Origin: Rhizophagus irregularis
Taxonomy: Eukaryota
Direction: 5' to 3'
NCBI RefSeq assembly: GCF_026210795.1
Contig: NC_089429.1
Location: 3,906,001-3,970,000 of the forward strand
DNA length: 64,000 bases
Part shown: in pieces, positions 36,501 through 50,623 of the stretch
Layout: the number at the start of each line of letters is the position of its first letter
Numbering within the stretch: position 1 is the first letter of the stretch
Notes under the pieces: generated by a model
The model's database searches: none
What the model was told of the DNA's origin: nothing
Seen by the model: the letters and a program-made list of their open reading frames with translations, nothing else
Program-made: the position numbers and the translations under genes

Positions 36501-38942
36501 CTGTTATTTCTCAAACTTCCCTTTTCGATTCAAAATGCTTTCTATCGCTTTCTTTCTTCCCATATTGCATCTTGGCAAAAAATTTTCACTCATCCTGATT
36601 TCAAAGATTTTGCCCTTTATGCTATCTCCTATCTTCAAGGATATCTGGGTGCTGAAAGTTGCCCGACTACTATTAACTTAGAACCATGGTCACAGATCGT
36701 TTCTTTGCGAACGCACACTTTGTTTAATTCGTTATTGTTTTCTTCGCGTTTGAACATCACGTGGTCTCTTTCCTTCCGGCCTCCGAGGCATGATCTACAA
36801 CCTGCTCTGCCACTCCGATCTATTCTACCTCATTCCATTTTTCAATCGAGTTGGAAACTTTGGAAAAACTTGAATATATTTGTGCTTGCTCAGTTGGTTT
36901 CTCCTTGTGGACGTTATCTTATGAATTGGCCTGACCTTCGTTATCTTGGCATCGTTGGTCGTAAAGGACGAATCCCTAATTGGTTTACTTTTATCAATAA
37001 TAATTTTCTCTCTTCTTCTTCTTCTACTTTACTTTTATCTTCATATTTTATTAACTCTTCTTTTACTTTAGCTTCTCCTTGTTTATTAGATCATACTGTT
37101 AAAGATTATTCTTTTTATCCTCAATGGGCTATTAATCTTGACTCTGCTACTCAAACTTTATCTGTTGGTCGTGTGTGTATCACTTACAAGAAACAAAACT
37201 CGGCTATTATGTCTCATTGGCTTCCTGTATCTACCTCGGCTGATGAACGATCCTATGACCCTTGTCCCGGTTGTGCTCTTAATATTCCAGCACTATCCAA
37301 GAAATCTGCCATTAAACAACGCTGTAATAGCGAGAAGTGTTTTTTTAATGTAATCCTATCAGATACTATGGGCTATCCTACCAGAAATGCCAAAGTTTTC
37401 GCGGCTTACCTTCCCATTACTCTATCTACTTCATGGAGCTATGCGACTTCCTTGGCTCTCGTTCATTTTTCAAAAGCGTCTCCTGCTCTTTCTCCTCTCT
37501 TTACGGATAGAATCGATAGAATTGAAGACACTATCTTACCACTTTCTGTGCAATCTTTGTACACAGATGGTTCGTTCCATCCTGCCAATGATTCTTCGCC
37601 TTCTTCCATGACTTCTGCTTGGATTGCTCTTGATGATGTTGGACTTGTTCTGGAATCTTCTTCCATGCATCTCCCTTCTTACTTTCCTTCCGCTTTGCAT
37701 TTTGAAATTTCTGCTGTTCTATTAGGATTGAACGCCCTTTCCCGTGATTCGTCAATCTCTATTCATACTGATTGTAGTCAGTTAATTTCACTATGGACAC
37801 GGTTTGTTGATGCTCCTTTCTCACCGAAGTTGCTCCGAGAACCTAATCATCTTCTTTGGCTTTCTATTCGACAACTTATCATGGATCGTAATCTTAATGT
37901 CGATTTGATTAAAGTCCCTGCTCATGGCGATGATATCTACAATATACAAGCAGATTCTTTGGCAAAAGATGCTCATTCGTCTTTACAACCCACTACTTTA
38001 CTTTCAACATTTTGTTATGCTCCATGCTTGTTGACTTTTAACTCATTGCCTATTGACGTGAATATTCGACATTTTCTCCGCTCTATTGCAGATGCTCGTG
38101 CTCTTTTATCTTTCTGTTCACTAGCGCGTTTTACTGCTCTTGGTTCTCCTTCACTTTTTGATTGGGCTGGTATATATTTTTGCCTTTCACAAATTAAAGG
38201 TTTCGCTTCACATAGGAATGGTCGTCCTGAATTTTGGATCTTCCGCATTAAACTTCTTTTGGATATGTTGCCTACCTTAACTACTCTTCAACAACGCAAA
38301 CCTTACTTATATTCTCCTGACTGGCTCTGTCCGCAGTGTAATTCTGCTCCTGAAGATTTGAATCATCTTTGGACTTGTCCTTATATTTTACCGGATTTAA
38401 ATCCCTGTTTAACACACCGGTCTGAAGTCATTAAATTTAGAGATTCTTGTTTATCTTCTTTCCTATCCTTGAAATCTTTGGATATTTCCTTTCATACCGA
38501 ATTCTTTGCTTTGGATTGTTGGAACTATGAAGCTCCTTCTTCATCCTGTCTTTGGCTTACTCGTGGATTGTTGCCTGCGCATTTAACGGCATTTTTGAAT
38601 CAACACTTTCCTCTCTCTGTTATATACAAGATTATTTCTCCCCTTCTTAATGACTTCCAAGTCGAATTGTATGGTGAAATTTGGCTGTGTCGGAATGTTC
38701 TTTTCCATGCTTGGGAAGAGTCGCAGGGTATCTCGGCTGCTTCCAAATTACATGGCCCATCTATAAATTCTTCTCCTATTGTTTCTTCTTCACATACAAA
38801 TAACTCTTCTTTGGCGACAGTTTCTCAGGATTCCTGGATTTCTTGGATATCCTCTTCTATAATTCGGGGTGGATCATGGATCTCGCACTTGGATTTTCTG
38901 CGCCGCTTAACAGTTCAACCTCTTAGGATTTCTTTCTGGTAA
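33553..38942 (+). pseudogene. LINE ORF2: AP endonuclease, RT, RNase H, C-terminal CCHC; one frameshift ~34240
   Basis: LNVNG, GDFN, SRLDYIW, TDH; RPITLL, DISKAFD, QGEIISP, FMDD; LYTDGS, HTD, KVPAH...N..AD; CPQC...E...HLWTC. Confidence 0.92.
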
Positions 38943-40184
38943 CGGACTGGATTTTTGGATGTTGGATAGTTGACTCACACTGGCCTTCGGGTAAAGTTGG
39001 GGTATGCGATTCTGTAATAGTCTAGTTTTTCTTTGCTTTAATTTTATTTTAGTTTAGATTTCTTTACTTGTATGAATCGTGAAGCTACTCTTTTTATTTT
39101 ATTAGTTTATTTTCTTATTTTTGTAATATTGTTCGTTTGAATTTTCGATGTTAAAATATAAATAAAATAAAGTCATAAGACTGTTTGCACAGGAAAAGAA
39201 TAAAACTACCACCATTCGATTCATCTCAGTGAGACGATTCTAACAAGCTATGATACATCTTTGTACGATTATTAGATGCCAAGTTATTTAATATATTCTT
39301 TATATAACTGTGATTATAAACGGTTCTTTTTAATATAAGATTTTTGAGGATAGGTGTGATAGTGACTATAGATAGATTGTGACTATATAGGATAGTTTTT
39401 AATAATAAAGTGTTTTGAACATTCAACTGGTGTGACTATATAGTAGAATGTGACTATAACGGGAGTGACTATAGAGGGAGTTGACTGTATATATATCATT
39501 TTCATTAAAGTCTGAATGATAATTAGGAGTGGAATTTTCATTAAAAGTAAGTAGTTTTTCAAAAACTGAATTAAAAATACTAAATGTTTGTTGTGAAAAA
39601 CTATTTTGTCCAAAAAGTTTTTGCTGATTTTGGGTTTGTATTTCAAAAATTTTGGGTAGTTTATCAGGCAATTGAAATTGGAAGAGCATACGTACGTAAT
39701 GTTACTAATGTAGCATGTGAATTACCTCTAATAGCGTCAAAAATGTTTCTATATCCAAATGTGCCTTCCTTAAAATCCACGTTATCAATTATTCCAAGAT
39801 TCCATATATTTTTATCATGTTGAATTCTGTCAGTTGGATCTACTAGAAGTGCACGAATTTTTTCCAAATTTCGTTCATGTCTCTGAGAATGGCTTGTAAT
39901 ATTGACAACTTCTAAAATTCCTTGCAGTGATGACAAAAGTTTTGGTTTTCTACATAAACTTGCCATTGTTCGAGGTAACCAAATTTTCCATCCTTTAAAT
40001 GCAATGTTTAAAATTATTGAAACAAAAAATGTAACTTGTTTATTAATTTTTTCATAATTTAAAGGTTTTAGTGGTTTCTTACGATGTTTTCTTTATTGAT
40101 CTACAATTTTCTTTTTTGTTTCATATAAAGTTATTAAAAGACCATCATAAAATTGTACTAAGCATGCCGGAAATGTAGTACAAT

Positions 40185-40428
40185 TAAGGTTGCTTGTCTA
40201 AACCTCTTCAAAATCCTACGATTAGTTTCATCAAAATTTTACTATAGATTTATTATAGTTTCGGCAGAGTTTCGGCAGTTTCGGCATTTATAATAAGTTT
40301 CGGCAGTTTCGCCTTTCTCCAAAGTTTCGCCAGTTTTTTAATATAACTTTAATATAGTTTCGGCAGAATTTTGCTTTTCGGCGAAACGCCATCTTGCCTA
40401 AACCTTTAGATTTCGGTAAGCAACCTTA
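40185..40428. mobile_element. hAT MITE inside the transposase gene
   Basis: TIR TAAGGTTGCTT / AAGCAACCTTA; TSD AGTACAAT/AGTACGAT. Confidence 0.85.
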
Positions 40429-42230
40429 AGTACGATACTCTTCTATAGAAGTAGGTGATTCAAGTATTTTTTTATGATTTTTTAATTCATTTTTTGCAAG
40501 TATTACCGAGTGTGCTAATACTTCTCCAAATTCAAAAAAATGTTTTGATATAAGATTTTTAGGATTTAATTTTTTTTCAAAATTATAATCAAATTTTGCT
40601 AAAGCAAGAATAATAAGAATTATAAACAAGGAAGGTACCTTATTGTTTATATTTTGTATTGATGGTAGTGTTGATAATGTAATATCAGATTTTTCTTGAG
40701 TATTAATAATACATAAAATAGGAGTTAAATGTGCCAAAAGTTTTTCTTGAAATGCTGCTTTATCAGAATTAGAAATATTAAGAATCCAATATCCGATGGC
40801 TTTTAACGCTTTCTTAGTATCATTCTTATGATGTGACATGTTATCACAATTTGGATCCTTTTTTACACCTCGTCCAACACGTTGGTAAATGTGTCTGCCT
40901 TTTTCTTCATAACAATTCATACATATATATCTTGCACGTTTACTTGATTTTGTTAAAATTACAAAAGAATTATATGTTTGCAATGCACCACATTTTATTT
41001 GTCCTATACAAGGTACTTGAATATTTTTACCTATAACTGTATATGAGTGTTCTTCACAATTAAAACCACGACTAAAAAAAATTTTATTTTTATTACAAAA
41101 TAAACACCTACGCCTATGAATAATACTTTCGGTATAATTTTTGGTTTGTTTCAAATTTGACAAATGTAATTGATTTTGATCATATAAAAAATGCGAATAA
41201 CAAACTCCCAAATTTTCAATTGAAAAATTTTTCGCCTTAACTTATTCTTCATCAATTTGCCACGTTTCAATCATTTGCCAAAGTCGTCTCAATTTTATTT
41301 GAGAATTACACCGCTGAATTTTTCCATCTATTGTATCAATTATAATACATGGACTTAAATTTTCATCATTTTGTAATTTAAAAATTATTTCATCATGCTC
41401 TTCATCAGATTCTGCCTCTGAAAAATTAATTCCCATATCACTTATATCTTCCTAATTGTCTTCTTCTTCTGAAATATTTTGTTAAGCAAATTTTTTTGCA
41501 CTTGCAAGCATATTTAAATCTAATTCAAATAAAGATTTTAAAGATTCACCTGTCCCTATATTACTTAAACTCTCATATTCATTATAGTCCTCATATTCAC
41601 TATAAAAAGTTTCATTTTCTTCCTCTAAATTTTCCTCTAAGTTCTCATATTCCAAGTTTTTCCCTAAATCCATTAAATAAATCTAAAAAAAAAAAATTTT
41701 TTTTAAGTTATTAAACGAAAAAAATATGTTATATTTTATTGTTTTTGTTTAAAGTTTTAAATTTCCTATTGTATTTAGCAAAATTCAAATTTCTCTTACC
41801 TATTATTATTTTTAATGTCGAAAAATACAACAACTTCTAGCGAAGATTGAAGTTGAATAACAAAAAATATATGAGTTTTTTTTTAATAATTTTAAAGAAG
41901 CGATCAATACGTATGAAATTTATTATTGAAGTTAGATCGATTACATTGTGTAAAATGCAGTGTAACATATGACCAAAGTTTTTCAATTTAATAAAATTTA
42001 GGCCAGAATTACGATGTTGGCCGGAATTAACAAAATTTTGGCCGAAATTATGAATTTTTGATTGGCAAATTTTACCAGATTTAATTAATTCTGGCCAACT
42101 TTAATTATAAATATGTATTATACATTTAATGAAGATACTGCACCACAATTTTTTTTTTGCCGAACTTAGTGAAAAACATTTGCCTTTTTTTTGTAACATT
42201 TCCAGTGACTGATAAAAGTTTGTAAACGCT

Positions 42231-42678
42231 TATAGGTGCCGTCGAAATTCCCTAATTACGGCATTACGGCATTACGGCATATGTCATAAATAATGCCGTA
42301 ACCGTAATAAAATGCCGTAATTAATTATGATCACGTGACTTAAATAATACCAAATGATCGGCAAAAAGATCTCCTTTTTTAGAACCTTGTGTAACCTTGT
42401 GTAACCCATTTCTTTGATTTATTGAAAGACAAAATTTCCTTTTTTGGAAATTGGTGTAATGTCACGTGATATAACGCTAAAAAAAGTTGACCGGGCATTA
42501 CAAATGGCTGAAATTAAGTTTACTAGTCTTATTTATTTACGGCATATTACATTACGGCATTACGGCGTCAAGTTAAATTACGGCATTACGGCATTACGGC
42601 AATTACGGTTTACGGTTTTTAATTACGGTGATTACGGCACGTGCCGTAACTGTAATAATAATTTCGGCGGCAACTATA
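42231..42678. mobile_element. hAT MITE (ATTACGGC subterminal repeats)
   Basis: TIR TATAGGTGCCGTCGAAATT / AATTTCGGCGGCAACTATA; perfect TSD TAAACGCT. Confidence 0.9.
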
Positions 42679-42779
42679 TAAACGCTGTATATTGTGAAAA
42701 AAAAAGAATAAAAAAAAAGAATTATATACTCAATTTTATTAGCATATAAATATTGTTATGTCCAAATTAGAGTCACAAT

Positions 42780-43243
42780 TAGAGATGGGCATGTTATATA
42801 ACAATATAAAATAACACAATGTTATATAACATATATAACATATATAACAGTTATATAACATAAATAACAATGTGTAACAAATATAATACTGGCCAAAAAA
42901 ATTGTATAGTGACTATAATTCTAGCCAAAATTATATTAAAAAATTTCTGATGTGATCGACGAAATAATTTCCTTTTTTGATTCTTGTGTAACAACTGTCA
43001 AAGATTTTCTCAATTTTTATTGGGAGACAAAATTTCCTTTTTTGGATTCTTGTGTAACGTCACGTGATATGTGCCGAAATTAGAACTTAATTCCGGCTAA
43101 CTTAAATTAATTTTGGCCAATTTTGTTATATAATGTTATATAATGTTATATATGTTATATATGTTATATAACTAATATCAAAAAATGTTATATATGTTAT
43201 ATATGTTATAAATGTTATATAACGTGTTATATGCCCATCTCTA
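42780..43243. mobile_element. hAT MITE, apparently identical to 17710-18173, without TSD
   Basis: Same 464-bp sequence; the flanks GTCACAAT / ATAATACC differ. Confidence 0.92.
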
Positions 43244-44118
43244 ATAATACCCTTAAAGAATTTTAATGGTTAATTCTAAAAGATTTAATAAATAAATCAC
43301 CAATTTTTTATATTATTATAAGATGTATAAAGATCGATTTGCTTAATAAAATTTCAATTTCAAATTGGATTAATTAAAGAAAAAATGCTTAAAAATTCGA
43401 TTTTAATTTTGGTAAAAAGTACTAAGGGGTAATCAGGTATTTTTTGAGATTTTTTAAAATGTTTAATTTGTAAAAAAAATTATATATTTAAGTGTAAAAT
43501 GATCTATTATCTAATCAAAATTTTATTTTCAAGGCAAGTTAATTAATAGAAAATAGATTTAAATCCATTTTTTTCATAATTTCTTAATTTCTACTGTGCA
43601 ATTTTTGGCCAGAATTATGACCAAATTTTTTGTATTTTTAATTACAAATTTGCAAAAAATAATTACTTTTTATAATATTAAATATACTATTATCTAATCA
43701 AAATTTTATTTTCAGAACAGTTTTTCTATTATGAAATAAATTAAAAATGTATTTTAATTTTTCAAAAAAATTAATAAAAATAAAACTAAAAGTCTTAATT
43801 TAAAGTAATTTTATAATCAATTTTAGAAAATCCAATGAAAAAAAACATTTATTTTACTATTATAAGATATACAAAAGTCAATTTACTTAATAAAATTTCA
43901 ATTTCAGATTAGATTAATTAAAGAAAAAATGCTTAAAAATTTGATTTTAATTTTGGTAAAAAGTACTAAGGGGTTTTTTGAGATTTTTTAAAATGCTGAA
44001 TCTGTAAAAAATAATCATATACTTAAATGTAAAATGGTTTATTATCTAACCAAAATTTCATTTTTAAGATAGGTTAACTAATAGGAAATGTGTTAAAAAT
44101 CCATTTCTTTCATAATTC

Positions 44119-44352
44119 TTTTTTTTTTTTTTTTTTTTTAATGATTTATATATGCTTTATTGATATGTAGTTTATATACCATACAAACAAATTATCATAA
44201 GCTATATCCACCCAGTAGGATGCAATCATCAAAATATGGATAAGAATAAATATAGAATAAGAATAATTAGTGTTGTATCTATTGATTATAGAATAAAAAT
44301 AATTAAAATTATGTCTATTGATTATATTATAGAAGTTGTTGTTATTATTATA

Positions 44353-44392
<40 letters not shown>

Positions 44393-47300
44393 CCTCCCTT
44401 TTTCCTTTCAAATTTGGTATATATCCAATTTAAGATTAATTATACTGTTGCTAAATCAATTATAACATTGTTAACAACCTTTTTTGTCTTTATATAAGCC
44501 CAACTAAACCACCAGTTATTATTAATTAATAAACACATTTGATCTTGAGCTTTTTTTTTCATTCTATAGCATTTTGATAATATGAGATTTTCATTTTTTA
44601 AGTTTTCAGGCTGTACTGAATCCAATTCCAATGATGTATCACCAAACTCTACCATTTGATCTTCCTGCGAATTTGTTATATTATTCTTCTTTAATTGTTG
44701 TTTATTCTGTTTTAATTGCTTGATCTGTTGATGAGGGGATTTAAAATAACGATCCATATTTTCAGATTCATTTAATTTGTCTTTTTTTCCAATATTTTTA
44801 GCCTTTTCCCATGCATTAGTGGCATTACATCTAGGCAACCAAATTAATTCCTTAAAGTGAATGATGAAGGAATCCAAAAGTGAGGCCAAAAATAAAATGT
44901 TTTTTGACTCTGAGAATCCAAATATTTGTTTTGATATTTTGGAAAAATTAGTGTTAATCTTAGCTTCCAAGGCCAATGAGCAGAAATCAAGAAATTTGAT
45001 ATCATCATGTTGTGTTCCTAGTATCTGGTTTAATTTCTTATTTATATTCTTAGGTGTATCTTCTGTTGTATTACTCCCTTTTTGAATTATGGAAATCACA
45101 TCATTTTGCATTCTGCTTTTGATTATAGGCCATAAGTCCTTATTGGCCTCACATTCAATAAAATGATGTCTGTTTTCTTCTTTATTAGCATTGCACCTTG
45201 GACAGACAAATTCTTTGTATAGATTTGGTTTTCGCTGTAAAAGAGTAGTACCTATAGGAAGAAGTTTAGCAAATAGTTTAACAATAAATATTAAGTGCCA
45301 ATGTTTTTTAACTAAAATACAATTAAACCCTTTATATCTATGAATTAAGTTCCAAGTTATATTCCAATCAATTGGAATTTCATGGCCATTTGATTTTAGC
45401 ATTGACCATTCTGCTGCCACTTTAGTATTCATTAGAGTTTTGATAAATTTCCTCAAGTTGTATTCAATGGGGATCTGTTTAAAAGTTGGAAAAAATCTGA
45501 CTTTCCTATTGCTATAGTTAAATCTGTTGTTAAAGTAACCACTGTCATTACTTGTGTTTTTAGCTAATTTATCTACCATTTCATTCATAACATTTCCACT
45601 GTGTCCCTTAACTTTCACTAACACTAGATCCATCTTTTTTTCCTGTAAAAGAATATCTATCTTAAGTAAAATTAAAGAATTAGACTGTTTCAGTAATTTT
45701 CTTCCCGATTTATTATGTCTATTATTAATCATATAGATGGCACTTTGACTATCTGTATATATCTTAATTTTTGCATTCATAGGACTTGTGAGTAATGCCA
45801 GAAAAATAGCCACTAGTTCTGCACGTGTAGAAGAGGGCCATAATGATAAATTTGCTTGGGCAGATAGGGCGGGTTCATCATTGACACAGAACGCCGCACC
45901 CATTTTTGTATGCACTAAATTGGGATCTTGTTGATCCCTTGATGTAGGGATACTTGTCCTGAGCGAACCATCTGTGTAGTATTCTACCGATATTCTCTCT
46001 TCTAATATATTTCTAATATCCATAAGTTTTGATTTCAAGTCATCATCATCTATCCATCTGTGAATCCATATGTCATGAACCAATGGTAGGCTAATTACGG
46101 AGCTTGGCGCTGATGTTGGTGCTCTATCTCCGGGTATCAAAGTGTCAAGATGATGAGTTGAAGATAACCATTCACTAGGAAAACTCCAACCACGCGAATT
46201 AGAGACTCTATCTAGAATTGCTCTCTTACAGCAATGAGCCGGTATAACTCGTCCGTTGTCCTGCCATCCAATTGTTCCATTATCATTGTATCCTGGACGA
46301 TAGCTAACTGAAATCCCCTGTTCATGATGATGTATTTTGTTGACTTTGCCAATTAACCATGCATCTGAATTAGCCAAAGGCTCTCTAACAAAAATTACTT
46401 GTTTGCGTCGTGCATCCGGTATAATATCTAATAAGAAGGCCCAAAGGTTAACTTTCGTAATCTCCAGATCATTGCTTACTGTTAAATTATCTGTCCTTGA
46501 TGTGCACAAATGAGCCACATCACGGTACCATCTAGCTATCCTTCCTTGCACCGGGAGTAGTGCTAAACTACGATATTGTTTCCATGTCATAAGATGTGTT
46601 CCCCTAATAAACAATTGATCAATATAAAATATTGGGTAATGTGAGCTTTGGTTAATTCTATATATATACTTCGTAAGCTGATATTGTTTAAAGAACTTTA
46701 ATATCGGCTCTTTCCCTCCTGATATACTCCAAGTTGATCTATCAATCGGATCTATCGCCATTGAAATGTCAAGGGATTTAGCTATTACCAAAGCGTTGAA
46801 TGGGACGTTTTTCTGGGCTTGAAGTTTTATCCAAGACGTTGCGTGAAGATCACAGTCAAAAATTGGATCAACGATGAGTGATTTAAGCTGCGCGTCTCTA
46901 AGCCTAATCTGTGTAGCTATCGCTGCGTATGAGTCACTATTCAATCTAATCGTTAAATCCGTTATAATATTGATACAATGGATTTTCCATGGGTGATCCA
47001 TACCTAAACACCCCTCATGAAATAATAGAGACGATGGTGTATTCTTGGGTAATTTCATCCAGTTTTTAACCAATTTCATTACTGGAGCGAACACTTGATT
47101 CCAGTCATGTTCTGACAGTGTCATGATTTGGGCTATATATATTAGTCTGGGAATCAATACTCTATTGATTAGATAAATACATTGTCCAGCTGGGACAAAT
47201 TTCCTACGAACTGTATCACAAAAGCTTTTAACCGTCGTGGACATACGTTGCATCCATCACCGCCTACTCGGTTTGTTAGAAAACCAGACCCCAAGGTATC

Positions 47301-50238
47301 TTATTTCGTCATTAGTGGCTTGAACTATGGAACGATCACGGCCTAATTCAATAACTTGTTCATGCCTTTCCACTGACGGGTTGATAATTATCATTTCTGA
47401 TTTCTTAACATTGATATCGATATCATTAATCAAGTAGAAATCATTTGCTATATCTACTATCTTTTGCATCCTGGATTTCGATGATTCTAAAAATACCGTA
47501 TCATCCATATATGCACATACCGGAACCTGAAGCCTGTAATGTGTCCATGTAGTAGGGTCATTAATATCATTTGGCCAGGTAATTTTCATTTCATATCCGC
47601 TGTCTTTAGTTTGTTGTATTCCTACTAGAAGTGGATCATAAAAAATTCGCCATAGCAACGGAGATAGTGCATCGCCCTGATCTATTCTGTCATTTCCAAT
47701 AAATCCATCACTTAACCCATATGCTGTGGCTATTCTAAGGGATCTGTGTTTGAAAAGGGCTATAATCCATTCAACCAGTGATGCCGGAATGTCAATACGA
47801 AGCAATGTCCGATTTAGCACTTCTAACCCAACTGAATCAAACGCCTTTTTCATGTCCTGTGTGAGGACCCATAGTTCTTTTTTATTTTCTCTGGCATCCT
47901 CAATAAAATTATTAACCAGGTGTATTGGTTCGTTTGTACTTTCTCCGGGTAAACTGCAACAATTGTATCCCTGTAGTATATTATATCGTTTCATAACTGA
48001 ACTCAACCTGTTCGTGATCATCTTTGTGAAGGTCTTCCGAAAACAGTCCAGCAATGCAATAGGTCGAGTATTCAAAATATTATATTCAAAGTTGGTGGGC
48101 TTAGGAATAGGGAGAATGATCGATGTTTTCCATGCCTTTGGTATAAGTCCAGTTTGTAACGTCAGATTTCCGAACTTGACCAAGAGGATGACTATTTCCT
48201 CAGGTAATTGTAGAATTATTTTGTAGTTAATACCAGACAACCCTGCAGTCGAATTTTTATTTAAATCTTTAACGGTATTGTTCCATTCTTCCATAGTAAC
48301 CTTTTCTATTGTAGCTTTCATTACTTCTTTAAATTTGCCTGCAGGTTCGTAAATTTGTTGCCAAAGCGGCGTCAAAGAATTCTCAAGTGTGTTCCTTTTC
48401 CTAAACATGCTCGCGAAATCATTGTCTACTGCTTCCTTAACTTCTCCCGGTTCTGTAACCAGTCTCTTAGTCGAACCTTCTGATTCTTCGTTCACTAACA
48501 CCTTATCTATAACTATATTGGCGTGAGTGTTTCTATCTAATATGCTAGAAAGCCATGTTGTTTGGTCTTTTTGTGTAATTTCAACTCTTTTCTCTATTTT
48601 ATCTTTAATGGATTTCGTCTCTGTTGCTTTGAATTTTTTATAATCTGCTCTTAGGCGATAATTCACTTTTTTTTTTAGATTGTCAAACCAGTTTTCTGAA
48701 AACATATCCTGTATGACTATGTTACATTTGTTATAGTCATCGGTTGATGTAACATAGTCTTGATTATATTTGGCAATTTTTCTAGCCCATCTGGATTTGG
48801 CGCCCACAGATGTGGTCATTTGTTGGTTGCCATAATAATAATTATGTAATAATTTAAGCAGCTTATTTGTATGACATTCTGGTCTCGTCTTTTTCTTATT
48901 ATAACGTATGAAGGTATTATGAAGTCTGATGACTTTCCTAGGGAGTTCTGAGTCCGCTGCGCTGACTATAACACTATTGAGTTTATCCCAATATCTATCT
49001 ATATCTTCTTGAGAATACTCCTTTATATTGACTTTATCCTCAATTACTTCTTGATCTAGAGAGTTTAGTTGACTTTTTATATTAAGTCAGAATTTATCCC
49101 ACTTTTCCGTTTTAATGTCATCACAATCATACAAGACTCTGGTGTGGGTGTTACCAATGGGTAATTTATCATATACTGTATTTTTCCTATTGTTTCTTAT
49201 GAGGATAGAGGTGTCCATGGTTAATGTAATTATATCATGGTCACTATGTGTGATAAACGTTGAGGGGGTAATTGAGAAATTTATTAAATTATTACTGATA
49301 TTTTCTGATATCCAAATCTGGTCTATTCTCGTGCTTACACCCTCTCTGTGATAAGTGTTTCCTGGTACTTCTTTATTAAGCTTTCTATAAGAATCTATAA
49401 GACCCATTGCCTCAAGATCATTAAAAATTTTGGGTTTTGATATATGTTGCGGTGGTGTACGATCGATATGACCATTTGAGATCAAATTAAAATCTCCCAT
49501 TAATCTGTGTACAATATTGTTTGATTTTTTTTTTATAGTTTCATCGCTCATTTCCCTTTTAAGTAGTTCTAGGGTATCGTGAAGGATTGTTTTAATTTGT
49601 GGTGACGCGTAAACAATCCATATACAGAATAAAATATTTCTGAACAGAAAGTATGCTGAGAGTAGATATGGTGAATGGAATTTGTGTCCTTGATAATGTT
49701 TATTCCATTTCCTTGAGCAAATTAACGCTACTCCAGAACCCTTATGTTTGTCGTTCTGTTTGCTTGACCAATATATATGAAATTGCTCTTTAAGACTATT
49801 AGGCGTTTTGAAAAACCCGTTCTTTTGGTCTAAATTAGTTTCATTCAAGGCCATAATGTCTACCTGGTTTTCTTGCATCCAACTTAGAATTCCATAAAGT
49901 TTTGCATTGTCCCCTGCCAATCCGTTAATGTTATGGGTTCCAATGTGGAGTGTAAGGTACAACGCGTCTAAATCTATTTGTTGTTGTTTCTCATACCGTA
50001 TTCGTTGACTATATAAAAAACTGTCTATATTTTCTATGTTAGCTTTGTTTTTGTTTTTGTTTTTGTTATTCTGTACTCTAATGTTCGACATAAATGTAGC
50101 ATTGTATAAGTTATTATATTAATGTTGTCCTTTCTATTAGAGCTATTTGTTCCAGCCAAATAGTCCCCAAAATCTTTTGAATGTGAATTCTATATTTCTT
50201 TTTCTATTGTATTTTAAATTAGTTTTATAAAAATAAAT
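44119..50238 (-). mobile_element. 5'-truncated LINE with RNase H
   Basis: poly(A) tail (T run 44119-44138); 17-bp TSD CATTTCTTTCATAATTC (44102-44118 / 50239-50255). Confidence 0.92.
44440..50091 (-). pseudogene. LINE ORF2 (APE, RT, RNase H, CCHC) with in-frame stops
   Basis: THNING, LNET, GDFN, TRIDQIW, SDH; RPIALL, DMKKAFD, QGDALSP, YMDD; YYTDGS, RAEL, YTDS, KVKGH; CPRC...HFIEC. Confidence 0.92.
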
Positions 50239-50623
50239 CATTTCTTTCATAATTCCTTAATTTCTACTGTATAATTTTTGGCCAGAATTATGACCAAATT
50301 TTTGTATTTTAAATAATTATTTTTTATAATATTAAATGCACTATTATCTAATTAAAATTTCATTTTTAAGGTGGGTAGGTTTCTTATTATAAAATAGGTT
50401 AAATATGATATATTTAATTTTTAAGAAAATTAAACAAAAATAAAAGAATTTTAATGGTTAATTCTAAAAGATTCAATAAATAAATCACCAATTTTTTCAT
50501 TATCATAAGATGCACAAAAGTCAATTTACTTAATAAAATTTCAATTTCAGACAAAATTAATTAATAAAAAAATCACCTAAAAATTTAATTTTAATTTTGG
50601 TAAAAAGTATTAAGGGGGTAATG

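Larger units (their letters stand above)
31347..39191 (+). mobile_element. Full-length LINE with RNase H
   Basis: 17-bp TSD GGAAAAGAATAAAACTA (31330-31346 / 39192-39208); two ORFs. Confidence 0.93.
30666..39487. mobile_element. Second copy of the CAGTCAACTC element (2 full 147-bp units), split by a LINE
   Basis: Same TIRs, TA TSD, colinear with 25576-27124. Confidence 0.92.
29300..41673 (-). pseudogene. Academ/DUF6589-like DDE transposase with N-terminal Cys-rich domain (in pieces at 41673-39490 and 30665-29300)
   Basis: GIIDNVDF, VVADEAIF, LGQWH, WRAHWFGIR, FSPLFPVAGKSNYA, SVNL..PGHFFAYDEALE. ENDIY|TQIM rejoins in frame across the 30666-39487 insertion. Confidence 0.7.
28103..42211 (-). 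mobile_element. Academ-like DNA transposon carrying nested insertions
   Basis: TIR CAGTCACCGGAAATAT / ACATTTCCAGTGACTG, 4-bp TSD ATAA, enclosing a decayed transposase. Confidence 0.7.

Noticed and set aside
31328..38248. Many alternative-frame and antisense ORFs within the LINE (likewise within the other LINE and the gypsy element)
   Set aside because: They are shadow ORFs of ORF1/ORF2/pol.
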